DNA of 64,000 nt from Methylibium sp. (GTDB taxonomy: Bacteria; Pseudomonadota; Gammaproteobacteria; Burkholderiales; Burkholderiaceae_C), in the NCBI GenBank assembly GCA_035476815.1, contig DATILD010000017.1, positions 332-64,331 of the forward strand. Reading direction: 5' to 3'. Every line of letters starts with the position of its first letter. The stretch's first letter is position 1. Position numbers and translations under genes: made by a program. Shown here in pieces: positions 59,362 to 64,000 of this stretch. The notes beneath the pieces are model-generated. The model had not been told where the DNA came from, did no database searches, and worked only from the letters and a program-made list of their open reading frames with translations.

Positions 59362-60558
59362 ATGGCCGCACAGCGGTTCATTGCCCACCTCGACATGGAC
59401 GCGTTCTACGCGTCGGTCGAGTTGCTGCGCTACCCGGAACTGAAGGGCCTGCCGGTCGTCATCGGCGGTGGCCGGCGTCACCAGCCCGAACGGCTGCCCG
59501 ACGGCACGCACCGCTACGCGACGCTGCGGCATTACGCCGGCCGCGGCGTCATCACCACCGCCACCTATGCCGCGCGCGCCTTCGGGTTGCATTCCGGCAT
59601 GGGGCTGATGAAGGCCGCCGTGCTGGCGCCCGACACGGTGCTGCTGCCGACCGACTTCGACGAGTACCGCCGCCTGTCGCGCGCCTTCAAGGCCGCTGTC
59701 ACCGAGGTGGTGGGCGGCGAGCCGCCGGTGATCGAGGACCGCGGCATCGACGAGATCTACATCGACCTCACCGACCGGCCCGGCGTCGCGCTCGACCAGG
59801 GTGCCGCGCTCGCGCGGGCGATCAAGGCGCGCGTCGCCGAGCGCACCGGCCTCTCCTGCTCGATCGGCGTCACGCCGAACAAGCTGCTCGCCAAGCTCGC
59901 CTCCGACCTCGACAAGCCCGACGGCCTGACCCTCCTGCGCGAGACCGACATCCCGACCCGCATCTGGCCGCTGCCGGCGCGGCGCATCAACGGCATCGGC
60001 CCGAAGGCCGCCGCGAAGCTCGAGAGCCTGGGCATCCGCACGATCGGCGAGCTGGCCGCCGCCGACGCGGACTGGCTGGTCGCGCAGTTCGGCCGCAGCC
60101 ATGGCGCCTGGATGCACGAGGCCGCGCACGGCCGCGACGAACGCCCGGTCGTGACCCACAGCGACCCGAAGAGCATCAGCCGCGAGACCACCTTCGACCG
60201 CGACCTGCACGCGCGGCGCGACCGCGCCGAGCTGTCGGCCATCTTCACCCGGCTGTGCGAGCAGCTCGCCGACGACCTGCAGCGCAAGGGCTGGCTCGGT
60301 CGCACGATCGGCCTGAAGCTGCGCTACGAGGACTTTCGCACCGTCACGCGCGACCTGACGCTGCCCGAGCCGGTGGACGAGGCCGCGGCGATCCGCCGCG
60401 CCGCCGGCGAGTGCCTGAAGCGCGTGCCGCTGGAGCGGCGGCTGCGGCTGCTCGGCGTGCGCGCGGGATCGCTGTCGCGACCGGGCGAGGCGTCGCCCCG
60501 GCGCGCCGCGGTGCGCGAGGTCGACGCGCCCTACACGCCGGAGCTGTTCGACGGCTGA
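59362..60558 (+). CDS. dinB: DNA polymerase IV
   Basis: HLDMDAFYASVE, TYAARAFG, GIDEIYID, NKLLAKLASDLDKPDG, KSISRETTF, RLLGV. Confidence 0.95.
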   Translation: MAAQRFIAHLDMDAFYASVELLRYPELKGLPVVIGGGRRHQPERLPDGTHRYATLRHYAGRGVITTATYAARAFGLHSGMGLMKAAVLAPDTVLLPTDFDEYRRLSRAFKAAVTEVVGGEPPVIEDRGIDEIYIDLTDRPGVALDQGAALARAIKARVAERTGLSCSIGVTPNKLLAKLASDLDKPDGLTLLRETDIPTRIWPLPARRINGIGPKAAAKLESLGIRTIGELAAADADWLVAQFGRSHGAWMHEAAHGRDERPVVTHSDPKSISRETTFDRDLHARRDRAELSAIFTRLCEQLADDLQRKGWLGRTIGLKLRYEDFRTVTRDLTLPEPVDEAAAIRRAAGECLKRVPLERRLRLLGVRAGSLSRPGEASPRRAAVREVDAPYTPELFDG

Positions 60559-60562
60559 GGCT

Positions 60563-61435
60563 TCAGGGCGAGCCGGCCTGGAAGGTGTTGCAGTCGGCCA
60601 TCTGCCCGCCCCGGTGGCCGCGCTGGAACCACTGCATGCGCTGCGCGCTCGTGCCGTGGGTGAAGCTCTCTGGCACCACCGTGCCCTGGGACTTGCGCTG
60701 GAGCGTGTCGTCGCCGATCTGCGACGCCGCGTTCAGCGCCTCCTCCAGGTCGCCCTGCTCCAGCCAGCCGCGCGCCTGTTGCGAATGGTGGGCCCAGACG
60801 CCGGCAAAGCAGTCGGCCTGCAACTCGAGCTTGACGCTCAGCGCATTGCCTTCGGCCACGCCGACGCGGCGCCGGGCCGCCTCGACCTTGCCGCTCACGC
60901 CGAGCAGCTGCTGCACATGGTGACCGACCTCGTGCGCCACCACGTAGGCCTGGGCGAAGTCGCCCGGCGCGCCCAGGCGGGCCTTGAGCGTGTCGAAGAA
61001 CTCGAGGTCGATGTAGACCTTCTGGTCGCCGGGGCAGTAGAACGGCCCCATCGCACTCTGCCCGGTGCCGCAGGCGGTCGGCGTCGCGCCGCGGAACAGC
61101 ACCAGCCGCGGTGCCGCGTAGTCGGAGCGGCCCTGGCGGAAGATCTCCGCCCACGCGTCCTCGGTGCTGCGCAGCACGACCGAGACGAATTGCGCCTGCG
61201 CGTCGTCGGCCGGTGGCGCGGTCGCCGGGCCCTGGGCCACCTCGGCCGAGGGCATCGGCCCGCCGCCGAGGATGCCGAGCACCGTCAGCGGATTGATGCC
61301 GAAGATCCAGCCCGCGACCAGCGCGATGACGATGGTGCCCAGGCCGATGCCGCGCCCGCCGACCGGCAGGCGGCCGCCACCGCCGCTGCGGCGATCCTCG
61401 ACGTTGTCGCTGCGTTCATGGCCTTCCCACTTCAT
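60563..61435 (-). CDS. ypfJ: Neutral zinc metallopeptidase YpfJ family
   Basis: SDNVEDRR, GPFYCP, YVVAHEVGHHVQ, ELQADC, IGDD, FTHGTS.QR..WF. Confidence 0.9.
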   Translation of the reverse strand: MKWEGHERSDNVEDRRSGGGGRLPVGGRGIGLGTIVIALVAGWIFGINPLTVLGILGGGPMPSAEVAQGPATAPPADDAQAQFVSVVLRSTEDAWAEIFRQGRSDYAAPRLVLFRGATPTACGTGQSAMGPFYCPGDQKVYIDLEFFDTLKARLGAPGDFAQAYVVAHEVGHHVQQLLGVSGKVEAARRRVGVAEGNALSVKLELQADCFAGVWAHHSQQARGWLEQGDLEEALNAASQIGDDTLQRKSQGTVVPESFTHGTSAQRMQWFQRGHRGGQMADCNTFQAGSP

Positions 61436-61484
61436 GCCCGCCCCCCGCATCGCTGCCGATGCGGGCGATGGTACGCCGGGGGGC

Positions 61485-61829
61485 TCAGTGGGCCGCGAGG
61501 CCGTCGTCCGCGTGCATGCGGCGGAACAGCTCGAGCGCGATGCGCTGCAGCGCCTCGTTGGCGCTGCTGTGCGCGAAGGCGAGGCGTTCGTGGGCGTAGA
61601 CCCGGTCGAAGATCATGCGCGCCACCTGCACCGGCCAGCCCTCGCGCGCTATGTGGCGCTTGAAGTCCGCGAGCGTGCGCAGGTCCACCACCAGCGGCAT
61701 CGCCTGCGCCAGATCGACACGGGCCGTCGGCCCCTGGTCCTCGATCGGGGCGAAGTTGGTGTCGAAGAAGTCCGACCGGATCTCGTCCGGTACCGTGGCC
61801 TGTTCGTCGCGCGCATTCCGTGGCGTCAT
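61485..61829 (-). CDS. Hypothetical protein (114 aa)
   Basis: GGAG upstream of ATG; coding-like codon usage; start uncertain. Confidence 0.65.
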   Translation of the reverse strand: MTPRNARDEQATVPDEIRSDFFDTNFAPIEDQGPTARVDLAQAMPLVVDLRTLADFKRHIAREGWPVQVARMIFDRVYAHERLAFAHSSANEALQRIALELFRRMHADDGLAAH

Positions 61830-61995
61830 CGCGGGCTCCGTGCTGCCGGCGGCAGCGAAGTCGATGGCCTTAGTGTGTAACGGTAACGGCGCGGCCAGCC
61901 GGCGAAAACGCCGCGGAAGCACCGGCAGTTGGCGCTTTGCCGGTGCGGCGCCGACAGCGCATGTCGGCGCGATTCCTACAACGAACCGGCCCGGC

Positions 61996-62565
<570 letters not shown>

Positions 62566-62603
62566 CGCGCGTCCTGTTCGAGAAGCCCGGATTCTAGGCA
62601 GCG

Positions 62604-64000
62604 TCAGCGCCCCGTCTCCGACTCCAGTTCGGCCGTCAGGCGGGCCAGCGGCTCGCGGATGGCCGCACCGACGCGGATCTGCGGGTTGGAGTAGCCGTCG
62701 GCCTTGCCGGCCTCGCGCTCGCGCCGCGCGATCACCTCGCGGGCTGCGGCATGGGCCTGCTCGAAGGAGCGCGTCGAACGGAGCTGCTCGTCGAACATCG
62801 CGCGGCCGAAGTAGGTGAGATCGGACTTCGAACCGCAGCCGTAGGAAGTGTGCTCCGCATCGGCGGCCGTCATCACCAGCGTGCCGTCGGTCGCCAGCGG
62901 TTCGATCCAGCTCCCCGCGTAGCAGGCCGAGACCGAGACGATGCGATGCCGGATGCCGGCTTCGTCGAGCCAGACGCGCAGTTGAGCGGGCGTCAGCACC
63001 GGCATGTCGAGCGGCCACAACTGAGCGGAAAGCCGCCCGTCGCGGGCGCCGTGGGAGGCGAGATGGACCAGCAGCAGGTCCTCGTCGCGGTCCATGCGCT
63101 GGGCGACGCGCTCGATCGCGCGCCGCAGGTTGGCCGGCGTGGCCCAGGCGAACTCCTCTGCCGTGCGCGGGTGGTTGACCAACTGCAGCGTGCGACCGGC
63201 CGCGCCGAAGCGCTCGTCGAGTACGCCGGCGACCAGCGCACTCTCGCGGCGGAACACGTCCTCGTCGCCGTAAGGCGCGAACGTGAGTACGTAGAGATCG
63301 ACCCGGCCCGGCCGCTGCGGCGCCAGGCCGTCCAGCGCGGCGCCCGCGACCTGCTGCTGGCGCTCGATCAGATCCGGCGTCAGACGCAGGAAGCTGGGCT
63401 CGGTCCCGGCGCCCTGCTCGTCGCGCGCGAGCCACGAGGGGGCTGAAGGTGCCAGCACCCAGGTCGGGGCACCCGCGACGGTCAGGAGGGCGATGCCGAC
63501 CCGCGGCCCCGGCCGCGCGTAGCGCCACAGCAGGCCCAACTGGGCCAGCACGATCCAGACCACGGTTACCCACCACAGGGCCCAGGCGACCCAACCCGGT
63601 CCGAGGAACCGCAAGACCGGGGTGACCGCCGCCACGCTCGCGATCACGATCACCAGCCCCTGCGCCGCGAGCAGCGCGAACAGCGTCGCCGCAGCGGGCG
63701 GCGGCGACGTCTGCGGGTCGGCGTCGGGTCGTGGCGCGGCCGTCCACCAACACAACCATGCGGTGAGCGAGGTGGTGAACCAGCCGCTGACGAGCGAACG
63801 CCAGTGGAAATCGGCCGGCCCCACCAGCGCCAGCCACTCGCCAAACGCGCTGGCGGCCGTGGCCAGCAGGACCAATGCGAGCACGAGCGCCGGGGTCGCA
63901 GGCGACTGGCTGATGGTGTCGAGCCGCGGTGCACACAACAGCGCACTGCGCGCGCCCTCGCGCAGCCACACGCCGATGGCGCGCGGCAGCGGCACGGCCG
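62604..64000 (-). CDS. Membrane-anchored C13 (legumain-like) peptidase; 5' end at or beyond the window edge
   Basis: N-terminal TM helices; EDVFRRE, HLASHG (His), VSACYAG (Cys), TAAD..HTSYGC, TYFG, SNPQ. Confidence 0.85.
   Translation of the reverse strand, partial: AVPLPRAIGVWLREGARSALLCAPRLDTISQSPATPALVLALVLLATAASAFGEWLALVGPADFHWRSLVSGWFTTSLTAWLCWWTAAPRPDADPQTSPPPAAATLFALLAAQGLVIVIASVAAVTPVLRFLGPGWVAWALWWVTVVWIVLAQLGLLWRYARPGPRVGIALLTVAGAPTWVLAPSAPSWLARDEQGAGTEPSFLRLTPDLIERQQQVAGAALDGLAPQRPGRVDLYVLTFAPYGDEDVFRRESALVAGVLDERFGAAGRTLQLVNHPRTAEEFAWATPANLRRAIERVAQRMDRDEDLLLVHLASHGARDGRLSAQLWPLDMPVLTPAQLRVWLDEAGIRHRIVSVSACYAGSWIEPLATDGTLVMTAADAEHTSYGCGSKSDLTYFGRAMFDEQLRSTRSFEQAHAAAREVIARREREAGKADGYSNPQIRVGAAIREPLARLTAELESETGR

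Overview
Very GC-rich betaproteobacterial chromosome window (gene content and order suggest Burkholderiales, Rubrivivax/Ideonella-like; inference). About 65 CDS. 0-14 kb is a mixed accessory region: FAD oxidase, cupin, tandem RhlE/DbpA helicases, PhzF, flavin monooxygenase, secreted cyclase with AraC, a second IF-1, an SDR remnant and a lipoprotein. 14-22 kb is a lower meta-cleavage operon (dmpC-E-H-I-F-G plus SDR, a second tautomerase and an NAD(P)H:quinone reductase). It has no ring-cleavage dioxygenase, its dmpC is frameshifted, and two ~230-bp self-folding repeats lie inside it. 23-42 kb holds uvrB, tyrB, DUF6600, phaZ, rnfB, an inserted S8 protease, nth, a B12-riboswitch btu operon and zapB-zapA-6S RNA. 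43-57 kb is a sigma54/ANTAR-controlled nitrate assimilation cluster. Its NasA-type Mo subunit lacks the C-terminal 2Fe-2S domains and any flavoprotein partner, and is followed by a fused DmsB-DmsC (4x[4Fe-4S] plus membrane anchor) protein. This suggests a membrane-bound, quinol-fed assimilatory nitrate reductase and is the most interesting system here. The window ends with rpsU, yqeY, dinB, ypfJ, dcd and a C13 peptidase. No tRNA, rRNA, CRISPR or transposase was seen. All calls come from motif recognition by eye; no database searches were run.
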